This document shows positions 33,809 through 49,457 of a DNA stretch of 64,000 bases, piece after piece (position 1 is the first letter of the stretch; every line of letters starts with the position of its first letter). Both the position numbers and the translations under genes were made by a program. Under the pieces are notes generated by a model. It was not told the origin of the DNA. It ran no database searches and was given only the letters and a program-made list of their open reading frames with translations. This DNA comes from the human T2T-CHM13v2.0 reference genome, Homo sapiens, in NCBI RefSeq assembly GCF_009914755.1, contig NC_060941.1; one strand, 5' to 3'.

Positions 33809-34199
33809 TAATATTTTAAACCTCAGTTTCTCAGGAACTAATCATTCTGGTTGAATACATTTCGCTACACATTTCTTTTGTTTGTGGGGGGGTATCTAAG
33901 TTGTTTTTTTCTTTTAAGTCAGAAAACATAAATTTTCACTATGGAAAATTGTAAATTACAGAAAGGCCCAAAGATTTTCTTCATTTCTGCTGACTCTTCA
34001 ATGAACCAGAGGGGCACGTGTAATATTTCCGCTTTCGGTTACTCCCCACCCCACACACCTTGTAGACACTTTGTCAAAACTACATTTTAAAAAAATGCTT
34101 TCCCCCAAATTCGTATGGATGTCTCCTAATAAAGTCACGCAGTCACTCACTGGTTCGTCCTCAATCAACCAGGCGTGGAGTCCTAACCTGTCCATGATT

Positions 34200-35400
34200 T
34201 TAAGAAAGGGCAGGCGCACAACACCCCCGCACGGAGAAATGAACAGGTGTGGCTCGGCAGAGGCCTTCCGCACCTGCGTTATGGAGTGGTGGCCGCTGTC
34301 GGCGATGGGGTCCCCGCGAGGGCACAAGTGATCGCGTGGCCACGGCGAGGCTCTGCCTCCGCCCCCGCGCTCCGGGTCCCATTCCCGAATTCTGCCCTCA
34401 GCGGCCTGGTCAATGAGGTTGGATCGTTGGCCCAGAAAGCCACTTCCTGCCGCGACTGGAGCCAGCCGTCGTTGTGAAAATTCCCCCCACGGGGAAGGAA
34501 GTGGCTCTTGGGCTGTTTATTTTGGCTGCGGGCTAGCAGACGGCGCCAGGGGCAGCGGCCACGCAGACCGGGCATTTGTCTAGCTGGGCGGGAGGCGGCG
34601 GAGCGGGAAGTGCCACAGATTGAGGGGCGCACGGCGGTGGAGGGAGGGGCGCCCAGTGGAGAGGGGGCTCACGGTGACAGAGGAAGTGGCGCCGCTTGGG
34701 GGGGTGCACGATGGCAGGGGGAGGGGTGCTCGGTGGAGGGAGGGGCACACGGTGGCGGGGGGAGGGGCGTGCCGCAGATTGAGGGCGAACGGTGGCTTGG
34801 GGAGGGGCGCTCCTTGGAGTTGGGGGCGCACGATGGCGGGGGCAGGGGTGCCCCTTGGGAGCAGAAGCAGAGAAGACTCGGAACTCCAAGAGCAGGTGGA
34901 TCTGGGAGCCCCAGATCCTGGGCACTGGGTTGGGGGAGAAAGGGGTCAAGGTGTGCCCGCCCCCGGGATGCTCGGACTCTGGGGATCCAGGCCTGGTGAC
35001 CCCCGGTGAGGAAGAGCCAGTGGGAGGAAAGGGCCGGGCGCTGCCCGGAGCAGAGGCTGGAGGCGAGAGCGATTGCTGCTTGCTGTAGCGCGGCCGCTCT
35101 CCAGTTCCTCCGGCAAGGGGGGCCTGGGGGAGGACTGGCCGAAAATACTGTGATGCTTTGGTCTAAGACAAAAGCCAGCAGGGGATGAGATCAAACACCA
35201 TGACACTGCGAAGGGGAAGGCCAGCGCGGGTGAGGATTTGCCTTCCCAGAGAACCCCAGGGGCGGGGCTAGCTTCCACTCAGCCCGCATTACCCCCACCC
35301 CCGCCCCCACCCCCGGGGCGGGGTCTGGAGGATCAGCAAAACCGCGGGAAAGGTGACAGTCGCCTTCCCCACCACCGCCTGCATTTAGTAGGTGGAGGGA
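34200..35400. promoter_or_regulatory. Intronic CpG-rich island (candidate enhancer or alternative promoter)
   Basis: Non-Alu, CpG-dense, GC-rich segment with four GGAAGTG ETS cores and a kB-like GAAAATTCCC at 34476-34485. Confidence 0.7.
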
Positions 35401-36789
35401 CAGTCCCACCTCTCCACCCATTCCCTGCCAGAGTGTGATTTAATGTCTTCCTAGAACACAGGATATCACAGTCTGCAGCACAGAGATTTGAAGTGGGGAG
35501 AAAAGCATCTCTGGAAATGACTGGTGGGGGAAGCCCGCCACTGCTCTACAAAGGGTGGCCTGTGACAGCAACAGCGCAACACTGGGACTGTGTGTGTAGG
35601 TTTTAGGCACAAGCACTTTAAGCTGTGGGAGGAAAGCAGTTTGGCCTGGCTGGGATGGAGGGGCTGTTGGGGAGGAGGGAGGAGGGTGTGAAAAGGGGAA
35701 GGTGGCCGGTAGAGGGAAACCCACCATGGTTCAGGATGTCGGTGGGGATGTTGCACAGTTGGGCGGGGTATTGGGCTTCGATATCATGTAACCCCCGTCC
35801 TCCATGGAAGCAATGCCCCCCTCGTCCAGCCCAGGATCTAATGTGCATGCATGTACGTGGACACAGTCTCTAGCCAGGGGTGGTGCAGGGTGGGGTGCTG
35901 GGTCCCCAGGGTTGGCCTCTTAGCAGGGTGGGGCTGGCAGCTTCTGCTGACTCAAGGACATTTCCAGGCCTGGCCTGGAGGTTAAGCAGCTCATTGAAAA
36001 CAGCTGCTCCTCTTGGCTGGCGGCCCTTTCAGGCGGCCTCTGGCTCTCCCTGGGATGACCCCTCGCCTCTGCGTGGCCTGGGGAGGGGCAGTGAAGGGAG
36101 AGAGGCTCAGAGGCTGGAGGCCACCCTGCCATGCCCTCAGGGATGGAACTGAGTCCCCTCCAGGGCTGGCCAGCTGTCCTCCAGCCCCCAGCTTTCCAGG
36201 AGCTAAGCCAGGTGGTCGCTGGGCCCTGCGTTCCTGCCTGCAGCCTTTGCTCCTGCGGTTGGGCAGCTTGGACCGCCTTCCTTGTCCTTGGAATGCCTTC
36301 CTTGTCCTTGTCTCTGCTTGTGCCTTTCAGGGTTTTATGTGACATGCCTCTCATTCAACACATATTTGTTGAGAGTCCGCTGCATGCCAGGCACCATGCT
36401 AGAATTAACTTCTCATCTGCCTCCTTCATCTGTGATGTCTTGTGGAGAGCAGCCGTCTTATCTGAGGTCAGACCTCTGGCTGCCTCTGTGGATGGGCTGA
36501 GTCCGGGGAAACTGCAGCAACAGCTGAGGGTTTTGCTCCAGAGACACAAACTGTTGTCAAGCCTTTGCACTCAGCCTCGCGACTTCACCAAAGCATTGTG
36601 TGCCTTGAAGCAGACAGGACGGGAGAGGAGGCCTCAGTGACCATCAAGGAGGAAGGAGATGGGTTACTCAATGTAGGGCAAATTGCTTTAAAACCCAGTT
36701 GCCCATGAGCACAGGCATGTTTCCCAGGTGATGACCTGGATGTCTGAGAAACAAGAAGTGTGGACTACATCAGAAATATTCCTATCAAA

Positions 36790-38419
<1,630 letters not shown>

Positions 38420-40865
38420 ATCTGGTTCATTTTTAATTTCCCTTACAGTGCTTCATAAATGATTATCATCTGTATGGGATAAGAAAGCCCCCAAGGGAGC
38501 AGCCAGAAGGATGATTAGGAGAATGGGCTGAGGGTCCAGCCTCCAGGCACCTCCTCTGACATGGCCTTGGTGCTGCAGCCGACCCAAGAGGCTGGTCTGA
38601 CAGGTCAGAGGAGGTCCTAGAGCAGTAACCTCCCAGGAAATAAGGAGAATGGGACAGAAACCCAATGCAGACAAGCTAATTAAAAAAGGAATGCAGGAGC
38701 CCAGCTGGCTGCAGATGATCCTGAGTGTTTCACAGAATGGAGGAAAGAGCCTCAGGGATTCAGGGACAGGACATCCAGCATCTTTGGGACTCACTTCCTC
38801 TCTTTCCATCTCTTTGTCCCGTTTCACTCTGCTTCTCTTTATATATTATCCCCTCATCGTAGGAAGCATGGCCATTGGCAGCCCCAGCCTAGCAATCTTA
38901 ACAAAAAGGGAAAGCTTTATGTGTTCCAGGGGAGTTCTCTGATCAGCCCTGTTTGAGTTATGTGCCCCATCACTGTGGCCAAGGGGATAGACACTGTCAT
39001 CAGCTCAAGAGTGAGCCTTGTGCCCACCCACACATCCACATAGCCAGAGGTACACAATACAAGGAGAACAAGAAGGGGATGGGAAGTTTCCTGGGCAGAT
39101 AAAGGCAGCTCAATGAGGTCACAGATTGTTATCGTTGCCATGTCTTCATTGTAGAGCCCAGCGCCCTGCCAGACCATATGGTGATAAGGGCTGGGATCAT
39201 GTCTATATTGTTCACAATACCCTCAGTGCCTAATGCCCTGCTGGCATCTATGAAATTCTCAATACATCATTGTTGGATGAATGAATGAATAAATGAATGA
39301 ATCACACCCAGCCAGTGCTCAGTGCACAGCTCCCTGCCTAGCTTCATTCATTTCTCCATTTACTCAGTAAGAACATATTGAGCCACAGCTTGATGCGTAG
39401 CACTGTGCTAGGCATGGGTTGATTGCCTACAAAATGCAAGAAGTGGTCTTTGTCCTTGGGGAGGAGAATCCCAAGATCCTTGTGAGGGGCCCTGCACCTT
39501 CTGTGGGGGGCACTTTTGCTCCCTGCACTGACACCTGATGCTCCCATGCATATGGATGAGGCTGGGGGGTGGGTGAGGCTGGAGGGGCCCTCTCTGGATG
39601 GGGGTGGGGGGCATCAGGCCTCTGCACTCTGAGCTCCCTCTGCCCGCTTTGTATGTGCTTGATGAAGCACGCGTACAAAGAACACAGAGCCAGCTCTCAG
39701 GACGCCTTTTCTCTTTCCCCAGCAGTTCCAGCCCAGCCTGAGCGTGCACTCCCCCTCCACTAGGCCTTGGAGAAAGAGCCTCTTTTCATTGAGGGCCCAG
39801 GCCCACCGGCCACTTCGGGTGGAAAATGCTCTCAAGAACCCCCTGACCCCGGCTTGGCAGAGTCCCCCCGGATCCACCTACAGGAATCCCCCCTCAGCTT
39901 CTCCTTTGCTTTGCAGAGCTCCTGCACGCCTCTCCTCTGCTTTTTGATTCCTCAGCCTTTTCTCATTTGCTGCCAAATGAGAAAATGCAAGAGGTTGCCT
40001 TTGTCCTCTTTTGCTGCCAAATGAGAAAATGTGACCTGTGTTCTTCAGTGCCTCCTCCACATTGCAGTCTTCAGATCTCTGCCCAGCGGAGTCTCTCGGC
40101 CCTTGGGAGGCACAGAGCTCCTTGTAACGCCCCCAGACACCTGGGATTTTAAAGGTTTGTTTGCTCTTATGCCCGGCATTTCTCCTCTAACTGGATTACA
40201 AATCCTGCGAGGGGAGGGACGGTGCTGCGAGTTTCCTTGTGGTCCCAGCATTGCCTGGAACATGCCATGCACCTAGCAGAAAGTTGGGTGGATTTGAACC
40301 CAGAGCCTAGGATGTCAGAGGGAGGAGGGGCCTCGAAGCTGTGCCTCATGTGACAAAGGAGGAAACTGAGGCCTGAAAGGTACTTCTGTTGGACATTCTA
40401 ATCCCGTCCCCTTTCTGGACTTCAGTTTCCTCTGTCAAGTGAGGGGAGGTTGGCCTGACCCTGGGAAAAGCCCCTCCCGACTAACCTGGACCTCTTTCAG
40501 ACCCTTCATTCACCGTTTGCTACAACTGCTACAGCCCACCTGGCATTGATTTAGCACACTTGTGGATTTTCTGGCTGGGGAGGAGAGGAAGATAACGTCC
40601 TCTTGGGCTATTGTGGGCTCACGTGAAGTTTTGGGCTTCGTTTTCCAGTCGTATCTCTGAGAAACATCTACAAAACAAGCAATAATTTTTTTCCTTTTCC
40701 GGCCCCAGGCCCCTTTGGCTACCTCCTGCCAAGGCCATTTTCTGTTACTACTGCCTGGAGTAGAGTTTCTGAGAACCAGATACCTACTCCTTAAAGGAAG
40801 CTTGGGCAGGCATGGATCAAGTCCTGGAGCTGGTTTCTGGTTTCTGGTGGGTGGCTGAAAGGTGA

Positions 40866-41530
40866 CCTAGTCTGTTTGGGTTGTTATAACACAATACCGT
40901 TAACAGATGGCTTGTAAACAATAGAAATGTATTTCTCATGGCTTTGGAGGCTGAGAAGTCTAAGATCAAGGTTCCTGCCGATTCAATGTCTGGTGAGGGC
41001 CACTTCCTCGTGGACAGCTGTCTTCTCACTGTACCCTCACATGGTGGAATAGGTGAGGGTCTCTCTGGGGTGTCTTTTATTAGGACGCTCATCCTATCCA
41101 TGAAGGCTCTTCCCTAATGACCTAAGCACCTCCCAAAGGTCTCACATCCTAATGCCATCACCATGGGGGTTTAAGATTTCAACACAGGCCGGGCGTGGTG
41201 GCTCACTCTTGTAATCCTAGTACTCTGGGAGGCCAAGGTGGGAGGCTCACCTGAGGTCAGGAGTTTGAGACCAGCCTGGCCAACATGGTGAAACTGCGTC
41301 TGTACTAAAAATACAAAAATTAGCTGAGCATGGTGACGCAGGCCTGTAGTTCCAGCTACTTGGGAGGCTGCTGAGGCAGAAGAATCGCTTGAACCGGGGA
41401 GGCGGAGGTTGCAGCAGTGAGCAGAGATCGCGCCACTGCACTCCAGCTGGGGCAACAGAGCGAGACTCTGTATCAAAAAAAAAAAAAAAGCTTTCAGCAC
41501 ATGAATTTTTGGAGGTTGACACATTCTGTT
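40866..41530 (+). mobile_element. MaLR LTR (MLT1-like) with nested Alu (~41188-41489)
   Basis: gaaatgtatttctcatggctttggaggctgagaagtctaagatcaagg is MLT1-type; Alu TSD aagatttcaacac / aagctttcagcac. Confidence 0.75.
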
Positions 41531-43400
41531 CATGGCAGGAGGGAAGGAGCAGGTTCAAGGCAGGGGACCCAGAGATTAGCTGTGGCAGTTGTCCTAGGGG
41601 TACTTTAGGAAGCTCACTTTGTCCTGCCCAGAGAGGAACCCCATCCAAGTGCTGTTAGAGGACAGAGGGGCAGGGTCCCTGCCCCAACCTACATTCCCAT
41701 GGTGGTGTTTTGAGCATCAGTGACAGGAGCTGTGGGTACTATGTTTTAGGAAAATTAATCTGGCTGTTGGAACAAGGAGCAGAAAGATAGGCTGGTTGTT
41801 TGTGATTATTATCTAGGCATGAAATTCGTTCATTCATGCATGTGTTCATTTGTTCCTTCAGTATTTAAGCATCACTGTGTGTCAGGCAGAACTGTAGGTG
41901 CTGGGGTTACAGTGGTGGAGAAGACAGAAAACAAGAGTGTCAGATAGCGAGTTCTGGTTCTGGAAGTGGCAGAGTAGCTTGTGTCAGTCTAACTCTCTGG
42001 CCAAGAATGCTTTTAGACTAAGGGAAAATTATAAAATATGGTGATTATGGTGATTTGAAGGCAATGAACAGCAATTAAAACCAGACAGAGGTAGAGAGGA
42101 AAAAATCCTTGAAAGTAAAAAGTAAACCTGGCACATTTAACCAGCTTTTCCCTGAACACACTACCTGGTTTGAGGAGCTCATACAGAAAGTGGCAGTTTT
42201 ACCGGTTAGAGCTTGGGGCCACTAGAAAGGCTAACATTGAGAGGAAATGTTAGGAAAGCAAGGAGCCATAGAAATTCCTTCTACAGATTCTCCTTAAATC
42301 CTTGGTGACTCCTGAACTGTGCATTTGCAGGGTAGGGTTCTAAGCAGCCCAGCAAGAAACAGCAGCTGGGAGGTAGAGGTTTCAGTTGCTATCTGGTGCT
42401 GAGGAAACAGAGTTTAAAATTTAAGTTCCACCAAGTTTGAGGGGCTTAGTAATCACCTAAGGTTTTCTTTTGAAATCCCAGAAGGGCCTCACCTTATGAT
42501 TAAATCCAAGGTTAAGAGCCACATCTGAAGACTAAAGGCAAAACTCAAACAACCCCACCCTAGCAAAGCTTAAAACCAAACCTCCACAAGAGCAAGGTAA
42601 TCCACTGGTAATTTAACTGCCTGCCATAACAAAATCCAGCATTCTTTAGAGGAAGATTTTTTTAAAATCCAGATTCCCTTTAACATAGCATCCCTGACGT
42701 TCAGTATACAACAAAAAAGTCCAGACTCCTTATGACATTATCCACAATGTCCAGCATATAATAAAAATTTGCAGATAGTAGGCAGCAGGAGATGACCCAT
42801 AATCAAAAGAAAAAACAGTCAATAGATGCAGATGCACAGACAACCCAGATGGTGAAAAAAATCAGATAATAAATGCCATGAAGAGCATTATAATCAAGTG
42901 ATATGATAGAGAGTAACTGTGGTCACTTTACGATTGGGAGGCCAGGAGGATCTCTCTAAAGATGTTACCCTTTTTTGTTGTTTGAAATGTGAAATGCCAG
43001 GTAGAGGAAATAATGCATAGGCCCAGAGATAGGAAACAGCCAGGCTTGTTCAAGGAAGAACAAGGAGGTCAAAGCGACTTGAGCAAGGTGGAGTAACAAG
43101 ATTTGAGATCAGGCCGTTAGACAGGACCAGATCATGTTAAATTGTGGCTCATAGTAAGAGGCTGAATCTCATTTGAAGAATGATGAATTATCTTTGAAGT
43201 AATTCAAGCAGGAGGAAGACTTACCTGCCTTCTGTTGTTGTTGTTTTTTTCCCTTTTACTATGAGCGAGGCTGTCATTTCAAATATTTAAGAGGCAATTG
43301 CATTTTCTTCTTTTGCTGTCTATGCATATCTCTTCTTCATTTTCTACTGCATTGTTGATACTTTCCCTAAGTTTCATGTATCTATTTTTTTGGTAGAAGC

Positions 43401-43547
43401 TCTTCTTTCTTTTCTTTTCTTTCCTTCCTTCCTTTCTTTCTTTTCTTTCTTTCTTTCTCTTTCTTTTTCTTTCTTTCTCTTTCTTTCTTTCTCCTTCCTT
43501 CCTTCATTCCTTCCTTCCTTCCTTCCTTCCTTCCTTCCTTCTTTCTT
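43401..43547. repeat. (TTTC)n/(TTCC)n homopyrimidine tract
   Basis: About 145 nt, almost entirely C/T. Confidence 0.93.
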
Positions 43548-43877
43548 AAGACTAGTAAAGTCAGAAAGGAGGAAAGAGTAGAACAAAGACTTTGGTCTGT
43601 AACTGACTATGAACAACCAATTGAGATAACTCACCATCTTTGGACCAGCCAGAGGCTCTTTTAATATTGTGGACTTAACTATTTGCCTCTAATAAGGCAC
43701 ATATATTTTTGTCATTTATTTGAATTTTGACCTTGCTGATGGCATCATATGTTGGCATTAAAAAAATCTTTTTATGGGAAAAAAGTTCTTATGCTATTGA
43801 ATTCATCAGTGTTGTCTATGACCTTCAACATTCCAATAATATTTTTAAATTTTTTCTAGGACTGATTTATATCTTTA

Positions 43878-45085
<1,208 letters not shown>

Positions 45086-45104
45086 CTAAGACTCTGTCTG
45101 TCTT

Positions 45105-45250
45105 TTCTTACCTTCCTTCCCTCCCTCCCTCCCTCCCTCATTCCCTCCTTCCTACCATCCATCCCTCCCTCCCTCCTTCCTCCCTAGTTTCTTCCTTTCT
45201 TTCTCTTTCCTCCTTCCTACCCTCCCTTGCTCCTTCCTTTCTTTTTCTTC
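45105..45250. repeat. Low-complexity (CCTT/CCCT)-rich pyrimidine tract
   Basis: Read directly. Confidence 0.85.
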
Positions 45251-45812
45251 ACTGAAACATAACTCACATATAGAATTTACCCATTTAAAACATATATTTA
45301 ATTGGGATTTAGTTTTTTCACAGCATTGTGCAACTATCATGACAATCTAATTTTAGAACATTTTCGTCATATCCCCAAAAGAAGCACCGTGCCCTTTAGC
45401 AGCCACTCCCCTTTCTCGTCACCCACAGGCAACCATTAATTTGCTTTCTGTCTCTATGCATTGAAGCTTCATTTCTTACTCTGTAAAGTGGGTGTGCTGT
45501 GGTGGGGGGCAGGTTGGATTTCCCCCAATGACTTCTACAGAGGGTGCCTGCTCAGCGAGGAGATAGGTGGAAAGAGGAAAGGTTGAGGAAGCCAAAGAAT
45601 TAAATTGCTGCGTAAAAATTAAGGCGTGAAATAGTTCAGGGGTGGGATGAGTGGTCTGGGAAGATCCTAGAAGAAGGAAAGGATGGAACCAGTGCAAGGG
45701 GCAGGGGGAAGGGTGAGACACAATGCCTCCGGATCAAAGGAGAATTTTGGCAGAAAAACCACGCCATGTAATAGAGATTGAGATTGAGGTTGCAACGTGG
45801 TGTGTGGTGTAA

Positions 45813-46183
<371 letters not shown>

Positions 46184-46472
46184 TGGGTTTGCTTTTGAGG
46201 GTGGTACAGAGGACTGAGTCCTCCCTCCTGGTGAGCAGGGGCTAGAACAGAGGTAGTCCTGCAGGCCTCTGCCTCATCTGGGCACAAGGGCTTAGCACTG
46301 CCACTCATTTCCACCTCAGAGGGTTGGTAGTGAGTACCGAGTGATTTAACGTATGAGTGACGGCTCACCATCCTGCACTGGGCACATGGTAGGTGCCTGT
46401 CAGCCACACCGGTCATCAAGGGCCAACCAGGAGAGCCCCTGTGATGCCTTCGTGTCTTGCCTTCCCTTCCAG

Positions 46473-46874
46473 AACCCAACATCTTCCTCATCTTCAGCCA
46501 TGGACTGCAGGGCTGCCTGGAGGCCCAGGGCGGGCAGGTCAGAGTCACCCCGGCTTGCAATACCAGCCTCCCTGCCCAGCGCTGGAAGTGGGTCTCCCGA
46601 AACCGGCTATTCAACCTGGGTACCATGCAGTGCCTGGGCACAGGCTGGCCAGGCACCAACACCACGGCCTCCCTGGGCATGTATGAGTGTGACCGGGAAG
46701 CACTGAATCTTCGCTGGCATTGTCGTACACTGGGTGACCAGCTGTCCTTGCTCCTGGGGGCCCGCACCAGCAACATATCCAAGCCTGGCACCCTTGAGCG
46801 TGGTGACCAGACCCGCAGTGGCCAGTGGCGCATCTACGGCAGCGAGGAGGACCTATGTGCTCTGCCCTACCACG
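46473..46874 (+). CDS. MRC2: MRC2 exon 2 (Cys-rich/ricin-B domain), 402 nt
   Basis: cttcccttccag|AA CCC AAC...CAC G|gtgagg; encodes EPNIFLIFSHGLQGCLEAQGG...LCALPYH. Confidence 0.97.
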
Positions 46875-47020
46875 GTGAGGGGCCGCTTGCAGGCGGGAGG
46901 GTGGGGTCCCCTATGTCCAGGGGACTGGAGCCATGAGGGACAGATTCCCAGTGACAAGGCCTTTGGCCTCTGTGGACCCTTGGCAGTCACATGTTTAATT
47001 ATAATAGGAAGCATTTTTTA

Positions 47021-47432
<412 letters not shown>

Positions 47433-48017
47433 TCAAATAGTATACAAGTATATAACATAAAATTAAATGAAAATTCCCTTCCCCCAGGCCCACTCTCCAG
47501 GTGAAACCCCATTGTAGCCCCCCATGTTGTCTTAATGCCTGTCTTGCATGTGGTGAATGGGGACCAGAGTCACCATGTGAGGGGCTGGCCTCTTGTGGTG
47601 GACAGCCCCGTCCTGGGGGGGCCTTTCCTGGGAGACCCCCTGAGTTCCGAGATAGAACTTTGTGGGGACACAGAGCCCATGGGCTGGGTAGCTGAGCAGA
47701 GATTCCACCGGGCTCAGCCCTCTGTGGGTGACTTGGAGGCCCTCTTGCCCAGCTGGAGTTTGGATGGGATTAGGGGTACTAGGGAGCCCCTTCCCAGCCC
47801 TATGAGGTGTGCAGCAAGACCTCTCTCTGGTTCCTGGGCTGACTCAACAGCAGAAGAAGCCTTAAAGCCACTATGGGGTGCCATTGCCTCTCCCACCTGC
47901 TGATCCCTGTGAACACCCAGCACTCTGGGTTTTAGGGGATTTCTCCTGAGGGTCGAGGGGCTTGGCAGCCTCTGGTGTCCAGATGCCAAGGGCCTGGCCC
48001 CTGTCCACCCCCTGCAG

Positions 48018-48191
48018 AGGTCTACACCATCCAGGGAAACTCCCACGGAAAGCCGTGCACCATCCCCTTCAAATATGACAACCAGTGGTTCCACGGCTGC
48101 ACCAGCACGGGCCGCGAGGATGGTCACCTGTGGTGTGCCACCACCCAGGACTACGGCAAAGACGAGCGCTGGGGCTTCTGCCCCATCAAGA
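48018..48191 (+). CDS. MRC2: MRC2 exon 3 (fibronectin type II collagen-binding domain), 174 nt
   Basis: cctgcag|AG GTC TAC...AAG A|gtgaga; GKPCTIPFKY...HLWCATTQDYGKDERWGFC is the FN2 signature. Confidence 0.97.
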
Positions 48192-48378
48192 GTGAGAGCT
48201 GTTGGAGCCGTGGGGGCGGGGGCAGTGTTCCTGGAGGGAGGCTGGTGCTGAGGGGCCCCGGGGCCCAGGGTGAGATACTGCCCCCTCCCCTACCTAGTGT
48301 AGCCTTTTGGTGGGGGAGGGTCTGCACTCCCGAGGGACCCTGGAGGGGGCCTGAAGGAGAGGGCTGTCGTGGTGGCAG

Positions 48379-48543
48379 GTAACGACTGCGAGACCTTCTG
48401 GGACAAGGACCAGCTGACTGACAGCTGCTACCAGTTTAACTTCCAGTCCACGCTGTCGTGGAGGGAGGCCTGGGCCAGCTGCGAGCAGCAGGGTGCGGAT
48501 CTGCTGAGCATCACGGAGATCCACGAGCAGACCTACATCAACG
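48379..48543 (+). CDS. MRC2: MRC2 exon 4 (CTLD1 N-part), 165 nt
   Basis: ggtggcag|GT AAC GAC TGC...AAC G|gtgagc; NDCETFWDKD...SCYQF...EQTYIN. Confidence 0.95.
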
Positions 48544-48680
48544 GTGAGCCGGGGCCTGATGCCTGCTCGTGCCTCTGGAGGGCCCGGGCCCTTTCCGCTT
48601 GTGGGTTGGGGAGAGGGCGATGGGGAGCGGGGGAGGCTGGGGCTGGGGATCCCCTGTTCAGTGTCCCTCCTTGCTGTCAG

Positions 48681-48794
48681 GCCTCCTCACTGGGTACAGC
48701 TCCACCCTGTGGATCGGCTTGAATGACTTGGACACGAGCGGAGGCTGGCAGTGGTCGGACAACTCGCCCCTCAAGTACCTCAACTGGGAGAGTG
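48681..48794 (+). CDS. MRC2: MRC2 exon 5 (CTLD1), 114 nt
   Basis: ctgtcag|GC CTC...AGT G|gtgagg; WIGL motif. Confidence 0.96.
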
Positions 48795-49313
48795 GTGAGG
48801 CACAAGGTTGGGGGCGCAGGGCAGCATAGGGGCCCCGCGGGCTCTTGGCCTCCCATGGACTCCTCTCCTCATGTCCTCCTGCAGAGGGGCAGTGTGGGTA
48901 GGGGAAGCACCGACCTCCACCCCCCTCCCCAGACTGCGCCCCCCTAGCCCATGTAGGGCGGCGCTGCCCCAGGCCGAAGGTCTTGGTGCATATGGACTGG
49001 GTGCCAGCCTCCACTCACCTCTTCAGCCACCCCTGTGGGCAGCGGGCACCAGCGCACCCAGCAGCCTGGACGGGGAGGCCGGGGCGGGGCTGGTACTGGT
49101 TACTGGGTAGAAGGTTCAAGGCGACGTGCACCCAGGTTAGAAAGCGCGGAGGACCCCGTGGTCTGGGGCGGAGCTGGAGCTGAGCACCAGGCTTCCCGAA
49201 CTGGCTCAGGCTTCCGAGGGAGCAGAGGGAGGTAGGAGGTTCTGAGCAGGGCCCCGGGAGCCACGGTGTGAGCTTCTCTCTCCGGGGGTGCTGGCGCCCT
49301 GCCCTCCCCACAG

Positions 49314-49457
49314 ACCAGCCGGACAACCCCAGTGAGGAGAACTGTGGAGTGATCCGCACTGAGTCCTCGGGCGGCTGGCAGAACCGTGACTGCAGCATCG
49401 CGCTGCCCTATGTGTGCAAGAAGAAGCCCAACGCCACGGCCGAGCCCACCCCTCCAG
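49314..49457 (+). CDS. MRC2: MRC2 exon 6 (CTLD1 C-part plus linker), 144 nt
   Basis: ccccacag|AC CAG CCG GAC...CCA G|gtgagc; DQPDNPSEENC...LPYVCKK. Confidence 0.96.
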
